From assembly GCF_018977255.1 (NCBI RefSeq), contig NW_024704743.1, positions 1,116,001-1,180,000 of the forward strand: a DNA stretch of 64,000 nt. The letters are read 5' to 3'. Under the pieces are notes generated by a model. The model had not been told where the DNA came from and did no database searches. It was given only the letters and a program-made list of their open reading frames with translations. Source of the DNA: Callorhinchus milii (Eukaryota). Of this stretch, positions 52,580 to 63,285 are shown in pieces. Positions within the stretch are counted from its first letter, which is position 1; every line of letters begins with the position of its first letter. Position numbers and translations under genes: made by a program.

Positions 52580-54180
52580 CCTGATGACATAGAATCATAG
52601 AATCGTAGAACTATACAGCACTGAAGGAGGCCATTCGGCCCATCGTGTCTGTGCCGCTCTTTGAAAAGAGCTATTCAAATCAACCCCACTCCCCCTGCGC
52701 TCTCCCCATAGCCCCGATCAACCCCACTCCCCCCCGCTCTCTCCCCATAGCCCCGATCAACCCCACTCCCTCCGCTCTCTCCCCATAGCCCCGATCAACC
52801 CCACTCCCTCCGCTCTCTCCCCATAGCCCTGCAAACTTATCCTCCCCAAATAATTATCTACTTCTCTCTTAAAAGTGGTTGTGGAATCGGCTCCCACAAC
52901 TCGCTGTGTGAAATAATTTCTCCTCACCCTCCCCTCTGTTTCTTTTAACAACTGAGGTGCGGCGAGTGTTTCCTTCCTCATTGGGCCAGAAATATACTGA
53001 TCCAGAAAGTCCTCCTGCACACATTTCAAGATCCTTGCCCCCCCCTCAACCCCCCCCACCCACCTCCCCTTGCCCTTTACACTGTTATTTTGCCAGTCTA
53101 TGTCAGGATAATTGAAGTCCCCCATTATCACTACTCTATTGGTTTTGATTCTTTCTGAAATCTGTCGCAGATTTGCTCATCCATCTCCTTCCCACTATTT
53201 GGTGGTCTATAGTGTACACTTAATAATAATAATAATAATAATAATCCTTGCATTTGATATAGGGCTTCTCACGTCTTCTCGACGTCTCAAAGCGCTTCCC
53301 AGAATACGCTGCAAAGTGAATTGACTGTATATTTGTGGGCGAAACGCAGCAGCCAAGAAACAAGAAAAAGGAGCTGTCGACAGAGTAAACGGCTCCTTTT
53401 CTGCTCCTTAACTCTAACCCTATAGATTGTGTTTTTGGACCCTCTAAGCACACCCTTTCTAGGGCTGTAACCGTGTCTTGAATCGATATTGCCAACCCCT
53501 CCCCTCACTCCTCCTTTTTTTTTCCCCCATCCCTATCCCTCCTGAATCCGTTGAGGCCGGGAATATTCAGCTCCCATTCCTGCCCTTGTTTGAGCCAGGT
53601 CTCCGTCGTTGCCACTGCATCCTAGCCCCACGTGGCAACCTGGGCCGCAGCTCCCCAACCTCGTTGGCCGCACTCCGTGCGTTTACGCCCAAGACCGACT
53701 GAGTCTGTTCTGCATTTCTCCCTCGTCTAATCCCCCCTTTTTTTTCTGGATTGCTCCTCATTGCATTGCTATTCGTCTCTCCCAGCCCTCTGTGTAACTC
53801 GTCTGTCCCCTTGCTATCCTGATTCCCTTTGCCGCTCGAAATTTGTTTAAACCCTTCCCCTTTCCTCGAGCAGCGGGAGGCGCTTCCTACACATGCGTCT
53901 CTCCCGGGCGCACGAAGCATCCTGGAGTTCCCACACATTGTGCTTGCGACCGGTCTCAGCTGCCCCTGCCCTATTCCCAGACATGTTTTATATTATTTTA
54001 ATGTAACTGATATATTTTGTAATTACGCACCTCTTTCCCCCCCGCGCCCTGCACCGAATTCCCACTCTCACCAAATTCCACCTCACTCGGTTCCCTCCTC
54101 ACGCTGCTGGGCTCTCTGCTCACCCTGTCACATCTGGGGATCCGACTTTAACTGGTTTGGGAATATATTTGGAGTCTTGT
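52580..54180 (-). mobile_element. Degenerate, internally deleted CR1 LINE interrupted by a SINE (about 53221-53355)
   Basis: Endonuclease remnants NARSAANEVGEL and IMGDFNYPDIDW, plus CR1 3'-end-like RRNYFTQRVV. A tandem unit of about 39 bp lies at 52680-52830. Confidence 0.8.
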
Positions 54181-55734
54181 GAACTATTGTGGGGTGGGTC
54201 TCCGTCACTCACTACACCTCAACAAGCGCTCGGTAGCTGCTTCCTGCTTACTGATTCTGCCTCAGGTCTAGACTGTGGTTTTTTTTTTGGTTCTTGTGCA
54301 TTTCCTCTGCCGACTCGCGGACGGGTTTTATTATGAGAATAATCTTTGCACTTGATATAGCGCCTTATCACGACTTTGAGACGCCTCGAAGTGCTTCGCA
54401 GAATAAATTGAATTGACTGTATACGTTTTGTGAGTGAAACGCGGCAGCCAATTGCACACAGCAGTGCCCACCCCCACCCCACACCCACAAACAGTTGCGG
54501 ATTGAGTGACCAAATAATTATTTCAGGGAATTATTACCCCCGGGAAAGCGATCGGCCAATCGACTAACAACCGGGTCCTCTCGCTTGCGAGGCGAGCGCT
54601 CTAACCAAAACGCTGCAGGACTCCACATTATTATGAATGAACACATCCTGAAGTTGTTATCACTGAAGCGCAGGCAGATTCGGATGCACTGCATATTAAG
54701 AGCTCCAGCTGCTGGACACGTAGAAACATAACAAGTTCAACGAGCTTTGCTGCAAAAGAAATGAAATCTGCTTTCAATGGTAACATGAGGCGAACGCACC
54801 ACAACTTACACTGAGCTTTCACGTCCCGAGCGCGATGCTTGTCAGACTTCGAGCGCTGAAGTTTGCCCATAATGTGTAAGCCAAATCGAGGGACACGTAC
54901 GCAGCATATACAATCCACGACGGTTTGTGGGGCACCGCTGTGCGCAATCGGCTGCCACGTTTCACCCACAAAATACAGTCGCTACCCTTTACAGCATATC
55001 CCGTGAAGCACTTTGAGCCGTTCTCGAAGGCGTGACCAGGCGCTGTATGAAATGCAGGGGCGGGCTATATCATTATTATACTCGACAATTGCTGATGCTG
55101 GCAGTGACTGGAGAAGCGTGTTGGATTAACGGCTGTGTTTGTTTCCCTGACGAGCCGATCTGTTTCACAAGGTGACGTTGTTCTTGCTCAGGTTGTTGCC
55201 GAATTCACGACAGGGCAACTTCGGCCCCAGGGATTCCGGCAAAGTGATGGCAAGGCCTGGGAGAACCCCAGCGTGCAAAGTAGGGGTGAGGCAGAGGGCT
55301 TGAGCCAGGGAGCTCCTGCGGGGAGGGAGGGAGGGAGTCAGAGGGACCGAGACTTGAGCGGTCCCGACGCTGCGATAAGGCGCTGCGTCAAACGCAAGGA
55401 TGATTATTAATACTGTATTGGTAAACACGTTGCAAGCATCTCAGATGCTCTGATACAGGCGTGTCGGACTGGTAGCACTCTCGCTCCGAGACGGGAGGTT
55501 ATGGGTTCAAACCGCCACCTCAGCGACTTTGAGCTCACGGTCCAGGCTGACGCTCTGAGAGACGTCAGAGAGAGAGAGAGAGGGAGGGAGAGAGGGAGGG
55601 AGGGAGTGCTGCATTGTCCAGAGGCGCTATCTTTTGGATGAGACATGAAACCAAGCTCCCCATCTGTGCCTGTTCAGGTGGATGTGAAAGATTTCCGCAT
55701 CGCTTAGGGGGAGAAGAGAAGGGAAGTCGCCGGG

Positions 55735-56080
55735 AGCACTCGGCAGGTCAGGCAGCATCTACGGAGAAAGGAAAGCGAGTCAACGTTACGGGTCCACGAC
55801 TGTTCATCAGAACTGGGACATGTTGGGAGGGAGAGGCTTATTTTAAGGGCGAACAGTGAGGAAGGAGGAGGCAGGACAAGGGAAAGCAAAGGAGAAAATG
55901 GAGTAGAAGACAGGCAATGATGGGTTTTGATGATGCAAAACAAAGTGGGGGGGGGGGAAAAAAAATGCAACGAAACAGGCAGACCAGAGAGAGAAAAGGT
56001 GATGGGGTAACGGTCACAGAAGAGGGGGTGGGGGTGGGGGGGGGGTGAAGGTGAGCTGTTATGGTCTGAAACCATTATTG
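55735..56080. mobile_element. Possible Penelope-like element terminal fragment
   Basis: GCAGGTCAGGCAGCATCT.CGGAGAAAG..GAGTCAACGTT resembles, from memory only, an abundant shark repeat terminus. Confidence 0.35.
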
Positions 56081-56930
56081 AAATCATTTCAATAATTTCC
56101 CTCGTGTTTTCCCTGCCCCTCAACAAAAAAAATAGTGGGTAATTTAACAACAACTTGCACTTATGCGGCCCCCCTCACACAGCGTAGTGTCCCCGAGTGC
56201 TGAACGTCGCTGATAGCAATCGGAGTGAAGCGTTTCGAGACTTTGAACGTGTAAAATCACTTCTTTCTTTGCGCTGTGTTCTGTGAAGCGCAGACCTCTG
56301 AACAAAGTGTTAAAGGCTCTGTACCCAATGTAAGGATTATTATCGCATTATTATTATTATTCGCCGCATAGCATTTGAATTAACGACTTCCGCTTGTTAC
56401 AGCCCCGGATAATGGATAAGAAAAAACTTAATGGATAAGCTGGTTAATCAGTGACGTTCATCGCTTCGACTGCGAACACTCCATTAACAAGTCCACGGTA
56501 TCTCGTACGGCACTTAAGCCAAAGCGTTTAGCGCCGCGGGTCGTCTTCCCGAGGTGAAAGGCGCTTTGCAAATATAATTTTGTTGCTCGTTTGTTGCTTA
56601 AGAAAATCTAAACACAACTTTTTTTTTTCAAAGCATCATTTGCTGAGGCTTTTATTCACTGACAACAAATCAACAAGGTATGAGGACGAGGAGGAGGACG
56701 AGGAGGAGGACGAGGAGGAGGAGGAGGAGTGGGAGTCCCACGGAGGATTGGGGGGGGTTGGGGAGACAGTCTCACAGTGAGGATAGAAGACGAGACAGGA
56801 CTTGGGGTGCAGTGTTTGTTTGTTCATGGTAGTCAAGACTCTACTCTTGATCCCTCGGGAGGAGAGGAAGACATGTGTTGGGTCCAAAATGTGTCTTGTT
56901 GTCCATTGCTCTCAATGTTCTGGCTGTTGT

Positions 56931-57062
56931 TTACGGTTGTAGCGGCCTCCGTTTTCCACTTCGTCGTCGGCGGTGATGGCGGTGATGGCGGCGATGTCCT
57001 CGCTTTTTCCCAAGTTTCCGTCCCTTTCCTGATTTCCTCCTGTGGGAACGACCCCTCGCCAT
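56931..57062 (-). CDS. Protamine-like sperm nuclear basic protein, copy A (43 aa)
   Basis: MARGRSHRRKSGKGRKLGKKRGHRRHHRHHRRRRSGKRRPLQP*. Start context atcATGG, TATAAAAA at 57115-57122, AATAAA at 56651-56656. Confidence 0.75.
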   Translation of the reverse strand: MARGRSHRRKSGKGRKLGKKRGHRRHHRHHRRRRSGKRRPLQP

Positions 57063-57089
57063 GATTCAGCTTCAACCGTGTCTCTTGAC

Positions 57090-57260
57090 TGCTGTTTGAG
57101 GGAAACCTCTGACCTTTTTATACTGATGCCCGGGTTGGGGCGTCCACGCTCCCATTGTGATGTGGGGGCCATTTATTTGGTCAACCGTGACCTTATAAGG
57201 TGCTCGTCCCTGTCCAAGCTATCGCCCACGGTTACAATTCATGACCTTATAAGGCCAAGC
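57090..57260 (-). promoter_or_regulatory. Promoter of protamine-like copy A
   Basis: TATA box 32 nt upstream of an Inr-like gcAGTC (57090). TGACCTTATAAGG occurs twice (57188 and 57242). Confidence 0.65.
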
Positions 57261-58380
57261 CTTGACTTTTTTTTAACAACGATCCCGGCATTTGATACGG
57301 GCGCCTTATCCCGTCTTCGCGACGTCTCAAAGCGCTTCACAGAATGTACCGTAAAGCGAATCGACTTTGTGTTTTGTGGGCGAAACGCGGCGGCCGGTTG
57401 CGCACAGCAGCGTCCCCCCCACCCCCCCAAACAGCCGTGCATTGAGCGACCAAATTATTATTATTATTATTATTTTTTGAAGGGATTAGTACGCCCAGAA
57501 AAACGGATCCGCCAATCGAATAACAACCGGGTTCCGAATTACTGCTCGGTAAACAGAGGTGTGTGGAGTAAGGAAACCTGCCCAACATTTCCCCCCCTGC
57601 CCGGGGATCGAACCCGGGTCTCTCGGTTGCTTGCAGGACACTGCTCGGTGCGATTGGCTACCAACGTTTCGCCCACAAAATATAGTCAAACATACTCTGA
57701 AGCACTTTGAGACCTCTCAACCACACGATAAGGCGCTTTTATCAAACACAATAATTATTATATCGTTCCCCCGAAGGGTCACAGTCACCACACTAAATAA
57801 TAATAAAGGGTGGTGCAAACAGATCCAGTAACAGAATTAGATAGGTACTTGAAAAGAAAACATTTACAGGGGTACGGGGAAAGAGCGGGGGAGTGGGACT
57901 GATTGGGTAGATCTTCCAAAGAGCCGACATAGGCACATTGGCTCAAATGGCCTCCTGTACCTCCCTTGTTTAGCCCAGTTAATGCAGAAGAAATTCCACC
58001 ACATTGATTTATTACCGGCGATCATTAACATCTCATTAACAAATCTACAGTATCTCATCTGGTGTTTAAGTCAAATGTCTTAAGAAACTGTAAACACACA
58101 TTGTTTTTTCAAGCATCATTTGCTGAGGCTTTTATTCACTGACAACAAATCAACAAGGTATGAGGAGGAGTAGTGGACACGAGGGTCCCACGGAGGATTG
58201 GGGGGGGTTGGGGAGACAGTCTCACAGTGAGGATAGAAGACGAGACAGGACTTGGGGTGCAGTGTTTGTTTGTTCATGGTAGTCAAGACTCTACTCTTGA
58301 TCCCTCGGGAGGAGAGGAAGACATGTGTTGGGTCCAAAATGTGTCTTGTTGTCCATTGCTCTCAATGTTCTGGCTGTTGT

Positions 58381-58512
58381 TTACGGTTGTAGCGGCCTCC
58401 GTTTCCCACTTCGTCGTCGGCGGTGATGGCGGTGATGGCGGCGATGTCCTCGCTTTTTCCCAAGTTTCCGTCCCTTTCCTGATTTCCTCCTGTGGGAACG
58501 ACCCCTCGCCAT
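58381..58512 (-). CDS. Protamine-like sperm nuclear basic protein, copy B (43 aa, same protein as A)
   Basis: Same ORF with one synonymous change (Gly GGA to GGG). TATAAAAAA at 58563-58571, AATAAA at 58131-58136. Confidence 0.75.
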   Translation of the reverse strand: MARGRSHRRKSGKGRKLGKKRGHRRHHRHHRRRRSGKRRPLQP

Positions 58513-58539
58513 GATTCAGCTTCAACCGTGTCTCTTGAC

Positions 58540-58665
58540 TGCCGGTGGCGTTGTGGAGCAGCTTTTTTATACCGATGTGTGACCCGTCCGCTTCGCTTTG
58601 TGATGCATTGGGGCCATTGTGCGTCAGTCAGTCATGACCCGCGTCATGCCCTGACCCAATAGCAA
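58540..58665 (-). promoter_or_regulatory. Promoter of protamine-like copy B
   Basis: TATA box 31 nt upstream of gcAGTC (58540). CCAAT at 58607-58611 and half-CRE TGACG at 58622 and 58642. Confidence 0.65.
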
Positions 58666-58969
58666 AGTGCGGAAATATTTGCCAAATATTGAGGGGCGTT
58701 TGATAAATTTTATGGAAAGTCGCAGAGAAATTTGGTGAATTTCTGCCGAAAATGATGACGGGTTGATCGGTGCTACTGACAAGACTCATTTTGTGAAATG
58801 ACCCGGATCGATATATCAGTAGATTTCCTGACCGTGTCGATATGTTTAAGATATTAAAAATTGTTAATTTTGAATAGTACAGCACTTACCGAGAGCTCAG
58901 TTTAGGCCGGGCGCCGAGCAAACGGACGGCATTAGAGTGTTTTATTATTATAATGTTATAATACACCAT

Positions 58970-59935
58970 TTATATTAACTATTTGGACTCGGGGATCGAA
59001 GGTACATTTTCAAAACTTGCGGATGACACCAAATTGGAGGGGGCGAGGAGGACTGCAACAAATTACAAGACATCAACAAACTTCCTGAGTGGCCATTTAA
59101 TTGGCAAACGAATTTCAATGTAGATAAGCGTGAGGTGGTACATTTTTGGTAGGAGGAAGAAGGAGATCACATACTGCCCGGAAAATAAGAATCTAAGCGG
59201 GATAGAGGAGCAAAGGGTAATCTAGGGGTACAGATACACAAATCGCTAAAGGTAGCGACGCAGGTTAATAAGGCCATATAACAAAGCAAACCAAGTGTTG
59301 GGTTCATTTCTAGCGGGATAGAAATGTGGGGGTTCATTTCTAGAAGAATAGAAATGAAATGCAGGGAAGTTATGCTAAACGTATACTTGGTTAGACCACA
59401 CTTGGAGCACTGTGTATAGTTCTGGTCCCCATATTATATAGAAAGGATATAGAGGCACTGAGGAAGGTGCAAAGGAGGTTTACAAGGATGCTTTGGAACT
59501 GCAAGGTCATACCTATCAGGAAAAGCTGAACAACCTTGGACTCTTTCCTCTTGAACAGAGGTGGGTAAGGGGTGGGTGACCTAATAGAGGTCATTAAAAA
59601 TACGAAAGGTTTTGATAGGGTAGACATAGGGAAGATGTTTCCTCCTGTGGGGCAGACCAAAACCAGAAGCCATCAATGCAAAATAGTCAAAATAGGTAAG
59701 TCAGAAGAAACATCTTTACATCTTCAGTGGTGGGTATGTGGAACTCGCTACCACAAGGAGTAATTGAGGCAAGCAGCATAGATGTTTACGGGGTAGCGAG
59801 ATACGTACATAAGGGAGAAGGGAATAGAAGGTTAGGCTTGAAGGCTTAGTTGAGGAAGGGCAGGAGGGGGCTCATGTGGAGCGTAAACACCGGCATAGAA
59901 TGGCCTGTTTCTGTGCTGCATATTCTGTGTAATTC
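58970..59935 (+). mobile_element. CR1 LINE 3' part (RT C-terminus and 3' UTR), degenerate
   Basis: AAACTTGCGGATGACACCAAATTG (KxADDTKL), GTTAGACCACACTTGGAG (VRPHLE) and GDLIEVIK. The 3' UTR is shared with 7830-8075 and 34035-34200. Confidence 0.85.
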
Positions 59936-60864
59936 TACGTGAAATACCTTATCGAATCCCTTCATCGTCTTAAACACCTCAACCAAATCACCCCTCAACC
60001 TTCCAAACTCAAGGGAATACAATCCAAGCTTACGCCGCCTTTCCTCGTAGCTTAACCCTTTTCAGGGTCTGGTTCGAGTTCACCGTGTTTCTTTTTCCCT
60101 TTCTGTTTCAGGGCCCCTCAGGAGCAGCGGGTGGGGGTGACAGGGACCTTTCTTTCTTTCAGGTACGGGCCACTGCGAAGGGAGACGTGGGCAAGGAGAT
60201 TGGGTTACAGGTCAAGATTTCTTTTCTTTTTGGACCATTCTTCCGGTCGGAGAGGAAGGTTTTCAGGCGGGACTTGAAAGAGGGGAGAGAGGAGCGATTG
60301 AGGGAGAGCGTTCCAGAACGTCGGGGCAGTAGCGGCGGAGAGCGCCACCTCCGACGGTGGGGCGGAGGGGCCGAGGGACGAGCAGGAGCCGGGGGCCAGT
60401 CGAGCGGAGGCGCTGACCGGGTGGTGGATTGGGGGGAGTGAGGAGGTCGGAAAGGACAGGACAGGACAGGGAGGGGAGACCGGAGAGCAGAGCGTTGGAG
60501 GGGTAATCCAGGCGCGAGGTGACAAGCGCAATGCACGAGCGTTTCGGCTGCGTTTGGGGTGAGGTACGAGCGGTGGACGGGCAATGTGGCGGAGGTGGGA
60601 GAAGGCGGGCGGTCCCGGTCGGGGTCTCAGGTTTACCTCACAGTAATAAATCCCTTCAAAAAAAAATAATAATAATAATAATGATAATAATTTGGTCACT
60701 TCAAACCACGACTGTTTGTGGGGACGTCGCTGAACGCGATGGGCGGTTCGTCCACAAAGTGCCGTCACTACGCTCGACAGCGTATCCCGTGAAGCGCTTT
60801 GAAACGTCGCATCTCGAAGACGTGATGAGGCTCTGTCTCAAATGCAAAGATTGTCATTATTATA

Positions 60865-61182
60865 TAATAATAATCATAATAATAATAATAATCCTCGCGT
60901 TTGATATAGCGCTTTTCACGTCGGGAGGACGTCCCAAAGCGCTTCACAGAACACACTGTAAAGTGAATTGACTGTATATTTGTGGGCGAACGCGGCAGCC
61001 AATTGCGCACAGCAATGTCCCACAAACAGTCGTAGATTGAAAATGACCAATTTATTATTGTTTTGGTTTTGGAGGGAATATTATTAGGCTCTGTGTGGAG
61101 TAAGGAAACTTGCCCAAGGTTTCGCCCTCTCAGGTCTCTCACTTGCAAAGCGAGTGCTCTAACCACTGAGCTACAGGACTCC
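60865..61182 (-). mobile_element. Young SINE copy with a short deletion removing the B box
   Basis: Matches 51587-51914 except for the missing segment GCCTGGAATTGAACT. Confidence 0.88.
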
Positions 61183-61185
61183 ACT

Positions 61186-61990
61186 ATATTATTATTATAT
61201 TATATTATTATTACTAATATTACCACATTACTATATTATAGATTTTTATATTATTACTCTATTATTATATTATTATCACTATTATATCATTATTCTATAA
61301 TTACTATATTATTATGTCCTATTATAACATATATTATTGTTATAATTATTCTATTATTATATTATGATTATATTATCATACTATTATATTATATTATATA
61401 TTATTATATGATTATATTATTACACCATATTATTATAATGATAAATGATTATATTATTATACCATATTATTATGATATATGATTATATTATTATATTATA
61501 GTATTATGTTATTATATTATTATTCTATGATTGTATTATTATTATATTATTACATGATATATTACATGATATATTATTATATTATTATTATATGGGACGT
61601 CGTCCCGACATGAAAGGCGCTATACAAATGTAATCCTGTTGTTGTTGTTGTTGTTGTATATGATTATATGATATATTATAATTATTATATTATGTATTAT
61701 TATATGATTGTATCATTATATTATGATTATTATATTATTATATAATGATTACATGGTTATATGTGATTAGTATGTGTTTATATATGAATATTTTATGGGA
61801 ATATATGATTAGTATATGGTTATATATGAATATTATGTGATTATATATGATTTAATGATTATATATGATATTATATGGTTATGTGTGATTTAATATGATT
61901 GTTATATGGTTATATGATTATTAAATGATTAGATTATTATATGATTATAGTACCTATGATTATTAAATGATTATTATATGACTATTATAT
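61186..61990. repeat. AT-rich degenerate (TAT/TATGAT)n tract containing a short L2 tail
   Basis: Direct inspection; L2 tail at about 61594-61655. Confidence 0.9.
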
Positions 61991-62059
61991 GTCTGTGTGT
62001 GTGAGTGTGTGAGTGCTGTTGGTGTGTGTGTGTGTGTGTGTGTGAGATGTGCTGTCGGT

Positions 62060-62584
62060 GCCCTGAGGCGCGGTCCCGGTACCGTCTCTCTCTCTCTCTG
62101 TGTTTCTGCTCTGTCGTCGCCTTTAAATATTTAAAAAAAAACCGTCAAAACCGTTCGCTGCTCACGCGCAGGACAGCCAGAGGCGGGAGGGGGGCGGGGC
62201 GGAGGGAACCCGCCCAATCGGGCGTGAAACCCGCCTACTCGGGCGTTAATAACATGAAAAAAAACCGCCCGTTTCGTTTCCGGCGTCAAAGCCCCGCCCA
62301 ATCCGGCAACCTGCGCGGTGACGTCAGCGCCGGCGGCGGCGGCGGGTGGGCGGGGCGGGCTGTTGCGCGGGCGGGTGGGCGGGGCGGGGCGGGGCGGGCT
62401 GTTGCGCCACGCGCACGTGACTGTGGGCGGGCACTGGTGACGTCTGAGAGTCGGCGCGCGGGCGGGCCGGCCTGGGCGTGACGTCAGCGTGGGCTGGTCT
62501 GGTCCGTGCGGCTGCGCTCAGTCATCGACCGACACCGACACCGACAGCAGCGGCGCCTCAATCCTCCCGGCGGAGCGGGTGAGT
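62060..62584 (+). promoter_or_regulatory. CpG-island promoter and non-coding first exon of a plus-strand gene (HIGD1A expected by synteny)
   Basis: GC boxes, CCAAT (62214, 62298), full CREs TGACGTCA (62319, 62479), CACGTG (62414) and donor GG|GTGAGT at 62578/62579. No ATG in the exon and no coding exon seen, so the gene identity is inference. Confidence 0.7.
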
Positions 62585-62589
62585 GACAC

Positions 62590-62743
62590 ACACATCGACA
62601 CAGACAGACAGACAGACAGACAGACAGAGAGACACACAGAGAGAGAGAGAGAGAGAGACACAGAGAGAGACAGACAGAGAGAGAGAGATAGTGACAGAGA
62701 GAGACAGACAGACAGACAGAGAGAGAGATAGTGACAGACAGAG

Positions 62744-62790
<47 letters not shown>

Positions 62791-62822
62791 GAGAGAGAGA
62801 GACAGACAGACAGAGAGATAGT

Positions 62823-62856
<34 letters not shown>

Positions 62857-62926
62857 GACAGACAGAGAGATAGTGACAGACAGACAGAGAGAGAGACAGA
62901 GTGAGAGAGACAGACAGAGAGATAGT

Positions 62927-62960
<34 letters not shown>

Positions 62961-63072
62961 GACAGACAGAGAGAGAGATAGTGACAGACAGACAGAGAGA
63001 GAGAGACAGAGAGAGAGAGACAGAGAGAGAGAGAGACAGAGAGAGAGACAGACAGACAGACAGAGAGATAGT

Positions 63073-63106
<34 letters not shown>

Positions 63107-63128
63107 GACAGACAGACAGAGAGATAGT

Positions 63129-63162
<34 letters not shown>

Positions 63163-63237
63163 GACAGATAGACAGAGAGATAGTGACACAGACAGAGAGA
63201 GAGAGACAGATAGACAGAGAGATAGTGACAGACAGAC

Positions 63238-63270
<33 letters not shown>

Positions 63271-63285
63271 GACAGAGAGAGACAC
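62590..63285. repeat. (GACA/GA)n compound repeat with GATAGTGACA units
   Basis: Direct inspection. Confidence 0.95.

Noticed and set aside
54811..54870. MGKLQ.. start resembling the Naked cuticle N-terminus
   Set aside because: Similarity is limited to five residues and no further NKD exons are seen.
56636..58525. ORF-track peptides MKLNHGEG.., MDPTHVF.. and MGVPRRIG..
   Set aside because: Most start at non-ATG codons or in the 3' UTR. They are alternative frames or antisense of the protamine-like genes, whose frame has the TATA, Kozak and poly(A) support.
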